DNA of 62,750 bases, filler included, from Asterionella formosa (Eukaryota): the NCBI GenBank assembly GCA_002256025.1. It is 15 parts of 15 records of this genome, joined end to end, with 100 filler letters (N's around TTAATTAATTAA, not from the genome) between each part and the next. Parts side by side here need not be neighbours in the genome. Positions count along the whole stretch, not along the records: positions 33,557 to 37,645 come from NKIB01013721.1; positions 37,746 to 41,833 come from NKIB01013722.1; positions 41,934 to 46,018 come from NKIB01013723.1; positions 46,119 to 50,203 come from NKIB01013724.1; 11 more parts are not named here. One strand, given 5' to 3'. Below, piece by piece: positions 37,076 through 50,018 of this stretch (the first letter of the stretch is position 1; every line of letters starts with the position of its first letter). Position numbers and translations under genes: made by a program. The notes beneath the pieces are model-generated. The model searched no databases and was not told the DNA's origin. It saw nothing but the letters and a program-made list of their open reading frames with translations.

Positions 37076-38603
37076 TTGAAGTTGTTTATAATTTTTTTAG
37101 CAACTTGCTCCCCATCCCTGTACAAAAGTGTCCAGTGTTTCTGACTTGGTATATAATAACCAGGTTATAAATACTGCCTCACTAAAATAATGCATAACTG
37201 TGGTTATTTGTCATCAAGTCTGACTTGGTGGCATCAGACTTTGGACTCAAGTCCAGACTTAGAATAAATAACTAGAGGTTATTATTATATCCAAACCATG
37301 CGTCAGACTTCATTTTGTGTGGCAAGTCTGGACGTGTTAAAATACCAACCCTCACCTCTCTTTTATATCATGTACAGTTACGACACATTATTATCGGTAT
37401 GTTATGTACATATGTGGAGTATACCTGGTACATGGGTACCAGGTAGTACCGGCATATTTTGTTGTTGGACAGAAAATAATACCCGTAGTGACAGCTAGTG
37501 CACTAGCAATCAAGTAGTACCGTTTACACAGGCAGTGATCATGAATGTTTGTAATTTCGCTGTTATCATCATCTTGTTACAACCAAAACCAAACTCTCGT
37601 TCTTCTTTGCCTGTCTCATCCCTTCTTCATTTGAATTGAATTCGTNNNNNNNNNNNNNNNNNNNNNNNNNNNNNNNNNNNNNNNNNNNNTTAATTAATTA
37701 ANNNNNNNNNNNNNNNNNNNNNNNNNNNNNNNNNNNNNNNNNNNNTATGCAATGAGATACAAACATATGAAAGAATCAACAGAAACAACAAGAAACTCAA
37801 GGAGCTTGACGAAAATGAATGGAATGCAACAATATGCATCATTCAATTGAAGAGCGCATTTGTCGATGTACTGGCATCGGAATTTGGTCTGCACTGGCAC
37901 TTTGAGCTACACAATAACTACAGCTTATGAAATGAGCTACAAACACATGCATGATAAGTGTATGAGGCTGGGTGGTGTGAGTGGGTTGATTATCCTATGA
38001 GTTGCGCCTCCAGCGCTGCACGAAGGTCTCCCTACAAGCAAATTGAACCAAGCCACGTCCACTTGTACCGGCATACAAGAAGGCATGGAGCATGCACCGA
38101 GAAGGGGACTGTTCAGGAAATTCACAAACTAACTATCATTGTGCCAATCTATTCTCCATTTTGATAATTTCCATCGTTTTTTCTTTCCGTACTGTCCCTT
38201 TGGTTGGATCATTGCATCTTTTTATTTATAGCCGATGCCGACAACGGTTGCCCTTCTCTGTAGATCGGTCAGACACGCCGTAGCTTCACATACTCAACAT
38301 GTGTCAGACCAGCTGAAGGATGAAGTGGTTGCAAATTTGTGGTATCATCATAATATGTGCAGCTTGGCCTGTAGGTTTTCCATAATAATGGATCTAGAAA
38401 CTCTTGAATCCTTCATAACTGCTAATAAATTCAGTTTTAATTGATGCCGAAAAATTCGTCCTATGTTGCACTTAGCTAAAAATTACATGAAGCCTAGAAT
38501 ATTACTTAAAATTACCAAAGGAAGCGCAGCATGAAGATAGCTGACGCCAGAATCGCCCCTAAATAATATTTCTTTGACTCTCCCTATACTATATGTATAC
38601 AAC

Positions 38604-38962
38604 AAGGGAATGGCTTAGTGGTTAAGCACGTTGCCTTTGATCTGAGGTTGTGAGATTCGATTCCCGCAGTTTTTTTGAGAAGCAATTGTTGGATTCTACT
38701 CCCACAATCCTTACTGTCCAGTACGGTCTTGCCTGGTGTGCAAGAAATAGTGGGTTGCCCCCCTACAAGCAGCTTGTGCCGCCTTCCTAGGCGGTCAGAG
38801 TTTCCCCTAATGCTGCGGCTTAGACGATCACCTTTCGCGAAAGGTGGTTGGGTACTCATCTACGCTAACAAAACTAGGGAAGCACAGGTCTTGTCGGCAG
38901 GTAGTACAATGAAATACTTGCCTTGAAAGAGGGGAGTACGAATGGCTAGCTATAAAACATAC
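38604..38962 (+). mobile_element. tRNA-derived SINE-like element, family 1, copy A
   Basis: A-box TGGCTTAGTGG, B-box-like GATTCGATTCC, ~360 bp; homologous to three other copies in the window. Confidence 0.85.
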
Positions 38963-38985
38963 TAATTTTTTATATGTATACAACA

Positions 38986-39338
38986 AAGGTTAATGGCTTA
39001 GGGGTTTAGCACGTTGCCTTTGATCTGAGGTTATGAGGTTCAATTCCCGTAATTTTTAGAAGCAATTGTTGGGTTCGACTCCCACAATCCTTACCATCCT
39101 CCATGGTTTTGCCTGGTGTGCAAGAAAGAGTTGGTTGCCCCCTGCAAGCAGCTTGTGCCGCCTTCCTAGGCGGTCAGAGTTTCCCCTAATGCTGCGGCTA
39201 AGACAATCAACTTTCATGAAAGGTGGTTGGGGACTCACCTACACTAACAAAACTAGGGAAGAACAGGTCGTGATAGCAGGTAGCACAATAAAATACTTGC
39301 CTAGAAATAAAGGGGTACAAACGGGCTGTAAAACATCC
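38986..39338 (+). mobile_element. SINE-like family 1, copy B (tandem with A)
   Basis: Collinear with copy A. TATATGTATAC lies at 38590, 38971 and 39347, bracketing both copies. Confidence 0.85.
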
Positions 39339-39621
39339 TATCCTTTTATATGTATACCACAGAAACACTTTTAGCTAAGTATAAAGGCGAGCTTTAATAA
39401 GACTATAACAGTACTGTTGTGAAATATCATATAAAATGTAGCCAATGTTAAAATTGTCTCTGATCATCATCATGGCTTTGTTGATCAGCAACACTCCTGT
39501 CATAACGTTTACACAGCTTCATAGTCCTCAGCAAGTATTTGTATGATCTGCATACAATAACCTTAGTACTTGCTTCAACATTATCATGCAATCGGACTAA
39601 AATAATTTCAGTCTTAACATA

Positions 39622-40570
39622 CATCTGCAAATAAAAACCATCATATTTCCATATTGCATCATGGGATCATGATCATCTGATCATAATTTTTCGTTATATC
39701 ATCTAATAATTTTGATAAATGCCCTCGTAATTTAAATAATAACCCTTTTGACTATGCATATTTAATTATTATTTGTATTTTTTCTTTTAGGTTCCTTTAT
39801 AAAAATTTCTTGGTAGGATAATGTGCTAGTTAAAGTAATGTGGTTTGGCTCATCATCCTCGCCAGTCCTCACTCTGATTCTTGCAACAACAACAAAGCAG
39901 TCATGTCGAGAGGAACGAGAACGTGTGATAAAATCTTCATTTGTCGTTCAAGTCATCATATGTCTTCGATGAATCATCATCTGCATTGTACAGTATGTTC
40001 GTATGCAATCCGTTAAGAGCTTGAAAATAAATCCAATGAAAACGAAATGGCTCATCAGCCACACAAGACGAAAATTTCCGGTCTGTCACCAAAGCATCAA
40101 TCAGTGTTACAACCTCAATCATAGCTAAAAAGCATCCATTTTAGAACGGCACAATATACTTCTCCGTAAAATCGTCTCTCTAAGAACAAGAACGTAATAC
40201 ATCTAGAATTGAAAAGCAGCATAGCCGATATTCACAAAGAAGCATGAGACTATCTATTTATAGTAACACAGAGATTCTGGTTTCGTAATTTTCATGTCTC
40301 ATCAGATTTCCTTTGTCATCGTACTAGTTCCTTACCTTTGAATACAGGAGCGTATTCTTTGATGTATCTGGAATATTTCAATGGTTGGCAGCAGTTGGAG
40401 TTAGACACAAACCTCGACAAAAGCACTACTTTGTAGATGTTCAAGAAAAGCGAGAAACTTTGGCCTATCGAACACCAGCCAGTCTATACTGCAAAAATGC
40501 AAGAAGCACAAGTTTAATGCCCATTTATGGATTCAATCACATTTCAACTAATTACGATTTACATTAGCTA
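39622..40570. mobile_element. TIR-family element end followed by an ITm-like transposase fragment (+ strand, ~40360-40500)
   Basis: TA|CATCTGCAAATAAAAACCATCAT, then a diverged copy of the 1-716 sequence. KHYFVDVQEKRETLAYR resembles QYFVEGHTKPDTVSYR at ~59870. Confidence 0.65.
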
Positions 40571-42089
40571 TACTAGCTAGTATTGATTGAGAGAAAGCAA
40601 CCGTAGAATGGCTGCCAAACGGGCGGGGGCAAACACAGAGAATTCTACTAATTTTTCTCCCCAATTATCATCCCAGACCCTCCTTGAATGCCACTTGCTA
40701 CAGAAAGTGGAGAACAGCTGCCATGATCTGTTCATTGTTGCTTTATGGTGCCACTGACCAAAACCTCCAGAAATCTCAATGAGTTGCTTGTTTCTTGATT
40801 TGAATGCAAAAGGGATCAAAACCAGTGGAAAAATCAAAAGGGAACTAAAAATGCTCTGTAATCATCAGGACAACTATGAAAGAGAAATAAAGGTTTTTGG
40901 GAGGAGAAGTAAAGGGATAATTGCTTCTGGTCTTGCGGGAACAAGAATAGATTGACCCAAACAAACAATGTTGAAAAATATGTACCCACCGGAAAAGGAA
41001 GCATGCTTTCGGCATCATCAATCTAGCTATACACAAGCCTGCGCCACCTGACATCAATATAGCTACCTCGACATCATCAATGAAGAAGTCAATGGGTGTA
41101 GCATGTGAGGAAAATCGGGGTTGAGGTTTTCTTGACGCCAACGTGGGCCTAATTGGCTGAACTCCTTGCAGATGAAGGCATTGAGTAACTGGGCCTGTGA
41201 AGCCAAACGATAAAGAAAAATCTACGAAAAGGGTGGCGAGATAGTGTTTAGGAGGGGGGGGGAGCAAAAGTTATCATAGCTGAACGCATTCGAAACTTGT
41301 ATAGACAATAAATGGTGGCATACCATGGCTGCTCTTGCTGGCTGACAGCTGCCAAATCAAGTACAAACACAACGAGGGTGCACAAAAGACAGTCCAATTT
41401 TAATCGACTGGCTGATAATTAGTTGTGAGACTCACCATTCTGCAATGGGGTGGACTTTGATCATTGCTTCGTTTGGAGCACAATCAATTCGAATGCTGTC
41501 CAGTGAAACAGCCAATGAAAACAACTGTGGTGGCGAAAAAGCGCAGAACAGATCAAGAGATTTCATAGGAATGAAAATAACAACAGCAGGGCATATATGA
41601 TGCACTGCTCCTTATATAGACTATATTTGATCATTTCCATATTTCATACTATGCAGGTGCAGCATGGATGACTCCTCCCGCCCTTTCATTAGATATGCAA
41701 CCATGTTGCGATAATTCTACAGGACCTATAGGATTGGTAGTAGTCAGGTGGTCAGCATCATTTCCGCATTGTATATACCAGTAGGAGTCCTGTATGCATG
41801 CATGCATGCTGCGATAATTCTTACAAGACATAANNNNNNNNNNNNNNNNNNNNNNNNNNNNNNNNNNNNNNNNNNNNTTAATTAATTAANNNNNNNNNNN
41901 NNNNNNNNNNNNNNNNNNNNNNNNNNNNNNNNNAAAGCAGGGAAACAACGGCAAGGCAACCAGTACAACAACCTTCAGAATTGGATTGGGGGGAAGGTGG
42001 AAGTGAAAGCAGCTGAAGCACCAATCATTGCGATGAGAGCATTGTAGAACATTCTGTAGCCACTCAATATATAGAAACATAGAAACATT

Positions 42090-42420
42090 CTTAGCTAATT
42101 ATAGCTCTAAATTTCGATCCATTTCATCATCCTATTTTAGACAGTGATATCGATGAGAATTAAGATCATGTTGAGATAGATGTATGACAAAAGTATACAA
42201 ATCATAGGACCATGTTTAACTAATAATATGATGCAATGGTATTATAACTATGATAGTAACATCATTCTTCAAGCTCGGTAAAAGTTTACTGCATGATCAT
42301 AATTATATGATACATTGATCATATTTTTGATCCAAAAACTATCATATATCTAAAAATCTTGTGCCACTTAGCGTTCGATACCCTTGATCCTATATTCATG
42401 ATAGTTTTTATTGGCAGACG
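42090..42420. mobile_element. Other end type of the TIR-family element
   Basis: Ends ATGATAGTTTTTATTGGCAGACG. The subterminal sequence matches 23063-23150. Left boundary approximate. Confidence 0.6.
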
Positions 42421-43772
42421 TGGTCCATTTTGATCGCTTCTGTCGTTGTTTCTCATTCCGCACTTTCGATTTGGTTCTGTCGTATCTACTTTCAAAAAAT
42501 AATCCATTGTATGTTTGAATATCTACACTTGGGTGATTGTTGTTGATCATTGACCATGATGTCAATATTGCCGCCAAGCGCTGCTTTACTTTTATTACTA
42601 AATCGCTTTGCTACCTACTAATTACAAGATCTACATATCAATATTCAGCTAGAGGGAGTCGATAGTGCTGGATCAGCCTGGGGATCACGCTTGCTCGGAA
42701 TGGAATGGAATGATCAGGGTTGTTTGGTGGGAGGAATGACTTTAGGCGTACTAAGTACTCCTGCTGGCTACTTGTGTCAGGCTACTAAGGCTCTGTGCAT
42801 GGTTGCAGCAACCAGATCATCTATGCTACATAACAATGCAGATCTCAATACTTTGTTGTTGTGGCACCATTAATTTAAGTTTGTTGCATGTCAACCCTAA
42901 GGCAACAATGAAAATATTGCTTAGGGTTCTTGCCGAAATTCCCTGGAACTAAGAATTTATAGGAGCTATCATTTTTGAATGACATGATTCTGTTTGAAAT
43001 ATTCAAATCAGTGGAAATTTGCTTATATGTACATAGATTCCTTTTCGTATTCGCTAAATTTATATATAGACATTGTACATTTCTAGATGTTTATATACCA
43101 ACGATTATTTTTCTTATATATGATGTGGCTTGGCAAATATTTGAAAGTGCACTCAACAAGCGGTACACACACGATGTCCAATGATGATTATCTCCTACTG
43201 GTACCCGTTGTAGATATAGTACCGGCCTACCAGTACATCCAAGGAAATGTTACATGTGTATCCAATGTGGCTGGTGTGGGTTTGCAATTCCTTGCACAAT
43301 CAAACGGAGGTGAGTATTTCCCCATAGCCAATCAGTACATGTATAATACTGCATGCACATACAATGGAAATTTTGGTACTGGAAATTTTACAACTAAATA
43401 TTGCATCACAAGACTCTGATTCAGATGATTACTTTTCGGCGCTTAGTGGTTCTGATTCCGATATTTTGGAGACAGTAGAAAAGCCTGATTTTGTCGAATT
43501 TTTGGTTGACAATAGCTCAATGTTGGCTGGGTCTGAAGCCGATTTAGATACATAGGTATCCTTCAAATAGCATCAGTATATAACTTCTGGCAAGAAACTG
43601 CAGAAAGGAACTTCAGTTTTTCTATGGCATGTAAAGCCATTCCCACAATATTTCCAGTTTTTCTTCTGCAGTTTCTTGTCAGATCCTATATCCTGACAAT
43701 ATTTAGCATTGACCTATACTCCTACTTTGCGTAAATGACTGTATCTAAGCACATGGAAAGGGTTTATATTGG

Positions 43773-44276
43773 NNNNNNNNNNNNNNNNNNNNNNNNNNNN
43801 NNNNNNNNNNNNNNNNNNNNNNNNNNNNNNNNNNNNNNNNNNNNNNNNNNNNNNNNNNNNNNNNNNNNNNNNNNNNNNNNNNNNNNNNNNNNNNNNNNNN
43901 NNNNNNNNNNNNNNNNNNNNNNNNNNNNNNNNNNNNNNNNNNNNNNNNNNNNNNNNNNNNNNNNNNNNNNNNNNNNNNNNNNNNNNNNNNNNNNNNNNNN
44001 NNNNNNNNNNNNNNNNNNNNNNNNNNNNNNNNNNNNNNNNNNNNNNNNNNNNNNNNNNNNNNNNNNNNNNNNNNNNNNNNNNNNNNNNNNNNNNNNNNNN
44101 NNNNNNNNNNNNNNNNNNNNNNNNNNNNNNNNNNNNNNNNNNNNNNNNNNNNNNNNNNNNNNNNNNNNNNNNNNNNNNNNNNNNNNNNNNNNNNNNNNNN
44201 NNNNNNNNNNNNNNNNNNNNNNNNNNNNNNNNNNNNNNNNNNNNNNNNNNNNNNNNNNNNNNNNNNNNNNNNNNNN
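43773..44276. other. True intra-scaffold assembly gap
   Basis: A run of N without the TTAATTAATTAA tag. Confidence 0.95.
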
Positions 44277-44698
44277 TGTACAGTATAAACGACTCGATCA
44301 TCGACTATGTGCGTCCCCATGCATCTGCTTATATTTATTAGTACGTATGATATGTGCAGCCATGTGGAAAAGGGCAATGTGATGCTGACGATAACAGCAA
44401 CTGCCACCACCGTTACTTTCTGCCTGATAGGGAGTAACTATGTAGGACAGGCAGCTGCCCACATCTGGCAACTCCGTGGGCTGCCTTATGTTCCGTAGTG
44501 ACGCTCTCCCTTTTTGTCGTGTAAGGAACACATACATGTATTTTTTCAACGCAGGAGAGCGATCACACAACGACGCAGAGTGATCACACGACGACGCGGA
44601 GTGATCTCACGCTCATAGATATATATGAGTTTCTCAGTTGTGCATCCAGCTTCTTCATAATAATCATTGTGGACATCTGTAAACTGCCTCGATCCAAC

Positions 44699-45643
44699 AT
44701 GAAACGAGATGCAAGTCTAGAGAGTCTGGAAGACCCAATTCGCCATGGTCCAAAACAAGCCCGAGAAACGAATTCTTCGCCAAGTACAGTTGTATCTGAC
44801 ACAGCTCCTGACCAATCCAGTCACCGTTACTTTGTATTAGATTGGTTGGAAGAGTTTACGAGAAAGGGTGTTTTGAAAGACACTTCAGTTTTGGAAGAAA
44901 ACAAGCTGTTGAGTTTAAAGAAGAAAGAGATTTCGAGTGTTGACAATGAATTAACGGATTGCAAGCGCAAGAATAGCGGAGCCCCAACGCTAAATCTGTC
45001 TCTGACTCCACCCCGTCACCCCTCTATCAATCCTGCGAGACCAATGCCATGTACCTTTAGAGCGAGGAGTGAAGCTATTGGCAATGGCTGGAACACAAGG
45101 GGTGTACAAAAGGCCAAAAACGAGAACTGGGTAGATGCCCTGGCCTGCTGGGAAAAGGCATTGGACATTCGTGTACAGGTGCTTGGCGACGAACATAAAG
45201 ATGTGGCCAATACTCTCAATAACATGGGCGTTGCCCTTGGTCGTATGGAACGTCATGATGAAGCCATGGAATACTTGGAACGTGTGCTTAAGATCCGTTC
45301 GAAGATCTATGGCAAGGGACATTTGGAAATAGCATCAACCCTCCACAACATTGCCAACGTCTTGCAGCAGATGGACGACTACAAGGGAGCTCTCAAGTGT
45401 TTCATAGCAGCCAAACATATCCAGACGAAGCTAATAGGAGACAAGAATATTCAGGTCGCTAGAACACTGAGTGCAATTGGCCACCTTCACTTTGAATGCG
45501 GGCAGGCATTTCCCGAGGCTTTGCAAGCCTACTCTGAAGCCAGAGAAGTTTTTATTCGAGCCGGAATCGATGGAGACAACGAAGAGCTCAAAAGTACAGA
45601 CCTTGATATTGCTGAAGTAAAAAGCCTCCTGTTAAAGGACTGA
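44699..45643 (+). CDS. TPR-repeat protein (kinesin light chain-like 42-aa TPRs)
   Basis: HKDVANTLNNMG, HLEIASTLHNIA and NIQVARTLSAIG at 42-aa spacing; disordered N-terminus; intact ORF. Confidence 0.9.
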   Translation: MKRDASLESLEDPIRHGPKQARETNSSPSTVVSDTAPDQSSHRYFVLDWLEEFTRKGVLKDTSVLEENKLLSLKKKEISSVDNELTDCKRKNSGAPTLNLSLTPPRHPSINPARPMPCTFRARSEAIGNGWNTRGVQKAKNENWVDALACWEKALDIRVQVLGDEHKDVANTLNNMGVALGRMERHDEAMEYLERVLKIRSKIYGKGHLEIASTLHNIANVLQQMDDYKGALKCFIAAKHIQTKLIGDKNIQVARTLSAIGHLHFECGQAFPEALQAYSEAREVFIRAGIDGDNEELKSTDLDIAEVKSLLLKD

Positions 45644-46770
45644 AGCTTCAATCCAAATTGTCGCGTGCAAATAGTTTTGAAAAAAGGGCAGCGCGCCTAA
45701 CAGGGCCCATTTCATTTATAGAGTCAATAGAATAGCATGAAGAGTACGACGAAGTACCATAGAACTAGATTGAGAAGCTAAATCGAATTACCGGTGTATT
45801 CTTTTCAGTAGTCCATTTTATTATTTCCTGTAAAACCTCGTTACAAAGCAACTGATGGTTTTTGAACATGGTTGGTTGATTCTGTTCCATGGAACAATTT
45901 TACTTTAACGGTGGTACTCAGTACCAGGTACCAGGTACAGTCCGGTTGGTTTGATCATACATACATAGTAGTACCTACATCTGGTGCCAGGTACTCGGAG
46001 TCTTACCCTGATACACTTNNNNNNNNNNNNNNNNNNNNNNNNNNNNNNNNNNNNNNNNNNNNTTAATTAATTAANNNNNNNNNNNNNNNNNNNNNNNNNN
46101 NNNNNNNNNNNNNNNNNNAACTATTAGCAATTAGCAAATAGCAATTATCAATTACAGTAATGAAGTTCAGTATTCACCACCAATGTCATGCATGCTTTGC
46201 CGGAGTTAGGATTAACAATCTTGAAGAACCCTAACCCTAGCCAGCTATACTTCCAGCATCCTCATTGTCCACCATCACTCATGATGATCTTAGCTGATGT
46301 CATTTTCTTTTTCCATTATCAATCATCAGCATGTATGGTTGGGGCTGACATCATCACCCAACAGGTTGTCTCAGGCCAGATCACAACATAGATACGAAGT
46401 GGAAAAATATGTTGCTCAGCTATTGTTATAATAAAAAAATGAAAATATGGAATAGTGGTTACCCCAAATTCGGAAAAGAATTTACGACAAATTGAAAGAA
46501 GCCGTATGGGCTATCAAGTGGCTGGTGATTGTCTTGTGTTTTGAAAGATTGCTCCCAAAAACTAGCATTTGCAATGACTATGATGTGTTGATATCTTTGG
46601 ATGCGATACCTGAAGTGCCGGCGTTCCAATGCTATCACTATTGCAACCCTTGGTGGATTCGAATTGTATTGGTGTGGAGAATGATGATTTGCTCATTGCA
46701 ATGGAAAATTCGCAAGTAGGGTTGGGACAAGTCTGGTCACCGCTGCTTTTGGGCTAGAAGATATGATTAT

Positions 46771-46921
46771 TCCCACTATTTCTTGCCACCAGGAAAGTTT
46801 GTGCGAGATGGTTAGGAGTATGGGATTCGAACCCAATAATTGCTTCTCAAAAAAATTTGCGGGAATCGAATCTCACAATCTCAGATCAAATGCAACGTGC
46901 TAAACCACTAAGCCATTCCCT
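46771..46921 (-). mobile_element. SINE-like family 1, 5' fragment
   Basis: Reverse complement reads AGGGAATGGCTTAGTGG...GATTCGATTCCCGCAAATTTTTTTGAGAAGC..GGGTTCGAATCCC..CAAGAAATAGTGGGA. Confidence 0.85.
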
Positions 46922-48447
46922 CAGGAGGAGTGATTATAATACAAACATCCTCATCACTATAATTTTGCTGAGTCTGATGCACACATTGAAGAGATAAGGA
47001 GAAAACAGCTACCAATAATGTTTTACTGTTACTGAGCTATATTTGTGAAATACTATATCTCTGTAAAGATTCGATTAAAACAATTTATAGACGGAAAAAA
47101 ATTAATTTGTATGTGCCTCTGTTAAGGTTCCTGGGAGTTGACAGAAACTCCGAAGTAAGAAAAGTCACACACGCATAAATGCAGAAATTTGGAAAAGAAT
47201 GCAGATAAACATCACATATTGGGGTGTTTTCCTCCTGTTCTTTAGCGGTTTTTGTGCGTTTGTCTCCGGGTTTTTGCATTCTTTTAAGGTATTTTCTTCC
47301 AAACTCTCTCAATTTGATACTAACAGGTATATGACATCTTGCCATGTATTGGAAGAACATTTCATATTGCCTCTGGATGTTTAATGATTCATAAGAACTC
47401 TCTTTGATGAGGAGTAGATAGCTGCTCATACTTTTCAAGAAGTATGCGAACTTCGAAAAAAACGCGAGCTTCTCAGAAGTATGCAAAATTTGCACAAAAA
47501 TGAGCCACTAGAATTTTCCATGATTTTTGGAAAATAAACAGCAAGGTTCATGCATGAGATACACATGAGGAATTTTTTCACATAGCAAGGAAGCACGGAG
47601 TTTCCAGGACCTCCCTGCATTTTATACTGTATACGTTGTAATAGAAGACCATACACAAGGCAACATTGACATTCCATCACACATAAGTATGATAAAAAAG
47701 AAATAGAACCCTGCACTCAATTGAGATCTGCATCATACTATACTGGTGAAGCTGATTTTCTAATTGGAACCATGCAAACAGCTCTCACCTGATAGTAGAA
47801 GACAGCTAGTAGCAGCCCCCCCACCCCCCCCAAATACAACCCTGATCATTCCAATCTGTGTGTGCTTGCCTGGTTGCTCTTCAATCAACTCCCTTTACAT
47901 GATCAGAAGTTATTGCTGAATATTGAAACATAGAGTACAATACAATATTGTGTTGAAAGATATCAAACTAAGTTAGTACAAGAAAAGCATTGCTTGGTGG
48001 CAATATTGACATCATGGTAAACGACTAAACAATTTAACATATAAGATCAACAACAATACATCTTCAAAGTGTAGGCATTGATACAGGCCATGATACATCG
48101 GCCCTTGTGGCTGTAGATAGATACAATTGAAATAAAAGAACAGAACAGAATGACAAAAAAAGACAGAAGCAATCAAAACAGACTATGGAAGCAATCACAT
48201 TGCAAATCAGGCAACAAATATACTAGTATACTGACCTCAGGTCAATACCGATAAGGCAGGTCGCCCCATTTCGCACGTGCGATGCACAGACGTTGAAATG
48301 GTTGAGAGCCAAGCATCATCTCCGCCTCAAGAAAAACGTGGTAGAAAGATCTGTTCACAATTATTGAAGGCTCATTTAATGAACGTGTTTGCATATTAGG
48401 ATGAAGCTCTTGCGGCCGGCCATGGTGATAATGCGTGCGTTATTATC

Positions 48448-49224
48448 ATGAGATCGCTACGTAGCTGCTTCCAGCGACTCCAACTTAACCCGTGGAGTTC
48501 CCGCCTCTATTCCTCTACGTTCTTGGTGGATGCTCGGAACGCTCCAGCCAACTTTGATCCCACCTCGGCTGTTGTGTACGAAGACTTTCTTGCGGCAGCG
48601 GAAGGAGAGGCACTGATTCGGGATATCTCCAGTCGCATGCATCGGTACGTGCAGAAATTACGGCGCCTCGTTCGGCTGACGCTTGCGCTATGTGGAACCG
48701 CTGACCAAGTGCTGTTGCGCTCCTTCCTCAGGCGCAGATATGAGCAGGGACATTGGGACGCTGTCATTACTGATTACAAGGAAGTGGAACTCGGTGACGA
48801 ATCGACGTTGTCAACGCTGTCGCAACAAACTTTGGAAAAATGCAGAGAAGAGTTGCGGAACCGGCATTTGAAACCATCGGCACAGTTTCTTCCTTGTCAT
48901 GCCATTGCTTTGCGCGGTCAACTCAAGGCCCACGTGGATTCCATTCGGTTTTCGGGGTCCATGGTAGCTGGGATTTCCTTGTTGTCCTCGAGTATCATGC
49001 GTCTTGTGCCAGCCAACAACAATGGCAACAAACATTGGATTGATTTGTGTCTCCCTCCACTTTCGTTGTACGTCTTGACAGGAATGAGTCGATATGACTA
49101 TACTCATGAACTGCTTGAAGGGACAGCAACCTTTCAACACGCGAATACCGCCTCCGTCATTCATGTACAACGAGATCAGCGGTTAAGCATAATCTTTAGG
49201 GATATGAAAGGAGAATTAGAATAA
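48448..49224 (+). CDS. ALKBH7: AlkB homolog 7-like 2OG-Fe(II) dioxygenase, probably mitochondrial (intron 48645-48731)
   Basis: RYEQGHWDAVI, HVD, VAGISLLS, SLYVL..RYDYTHE and RLSIIFR. Arg/Ser-rich presequence. GTACGT..CTCAG intron. Confidence 0.9.
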   Translation: MRSLRSCFQRLQLNPWSSRLYSSTFLVDARNAPANFDPTSAVVYEDFLAAAEGEALIRDISSRMHRYVQKLRRLVRLTLALCGTADQVLLRSFLRRRYEQGHWDAVITDYKEVELGDESTLSTLSQQTLEKCREELRNRHLKPSAQFLPCHAIALRGQLKAHVDSIRFSGSMVAGISLLSSSIMRLVPANNNGNKHWIDLCLPPLSLYVLTGMSRYDYTHELLEGTATFQHANTASVIHVQRDQRLSIIFRDMKGELE

Positions 49225-50018
49225 GGTACGCAACCTCGAAGTTGATTCTATTTTTTTCCTTGGCTTATGATTAGTGCATTTATTGGAATTACCGTCGGAT
49301 TTTCAACTGACGACAATTTTGCGGCTTTTGAATGAAGCTTTTATTATTATATTGCATATGCACATTTATCTTCAAATATATATTTGCGTTTCTCACACAA
49401 TTCCCTCTGTCGTTGCTCTGATAAACATTTAATTTAATAAAACATTTAGTATAGCCATTCCATTGAGATTTTTGAAATTTATTATGTCGAAAAAGTGCGT
49501 GAGAGTTACCTCTTGCTCGCTCTACTTTTCACCAATCAATTTTCTCCAATAAACCATAACACGCATGCAGGCACCTCATTGGAAACAGTCAACACGAAAT
49601 GAGCCAGGTATGTACCAGGGTGCCTTGGTCATAGTCCAATGAGTCTACGGTAGTTCAAAGAATCTTCGCGCCTTCCTCGCTTGGACAGCCACTATGCATG
49701 CATGTCATATACACCAGTACATACTCCTAATAGATGTACTTGGAGTACAAGGTACACGCTGTACCTGGTACCAGATTACTGGTAACACCAGTTACTCCAT
49801 GGAAGGAGTAATATTCTACAGTACCGGTATGTATCTTATGCCGGTATCATATCGCTCCATCACACTCGGGATAGACTCGTGAGTCGTGATTCCTTGCCTA
49901 CTCCGAAAATTCAATCGGCGCATTTGTGACAAGTGAAGATTCGACTTCGACAATTTTACTAAAATATAATATTTCATTGCTCACTATTAGACCTAGTAAG
50001 TGCAAGGTACCGCTTCCA

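Noticed and set aside
37125..37350. MITE with TCAGACTT/AAGTCTGA inverted motifs
   Set aside because: Imperfect symmetry is visible, but ends, TSD and a second copy could not be defined.
38604..38670. Functional tRNA-Gln gene
   Set aside because: No convincing acceptor stem, and every copy is attached to the same long body with many substitutions; better explained as a SINE head.
38755..38880. Twister or HDV-like ribozyme in the SINE body (TACAAGC..GAG..TAATGCTGC; GCTAA)
   Set aside because: Short motif resemblances exist, but I could not build the required P1 and pseudoknot pairings, and the apparent covariation is explained by CpG decay.
43714..44410. Long ORFs full of X residues
   Set aside because: Artefacts of translating N runs.
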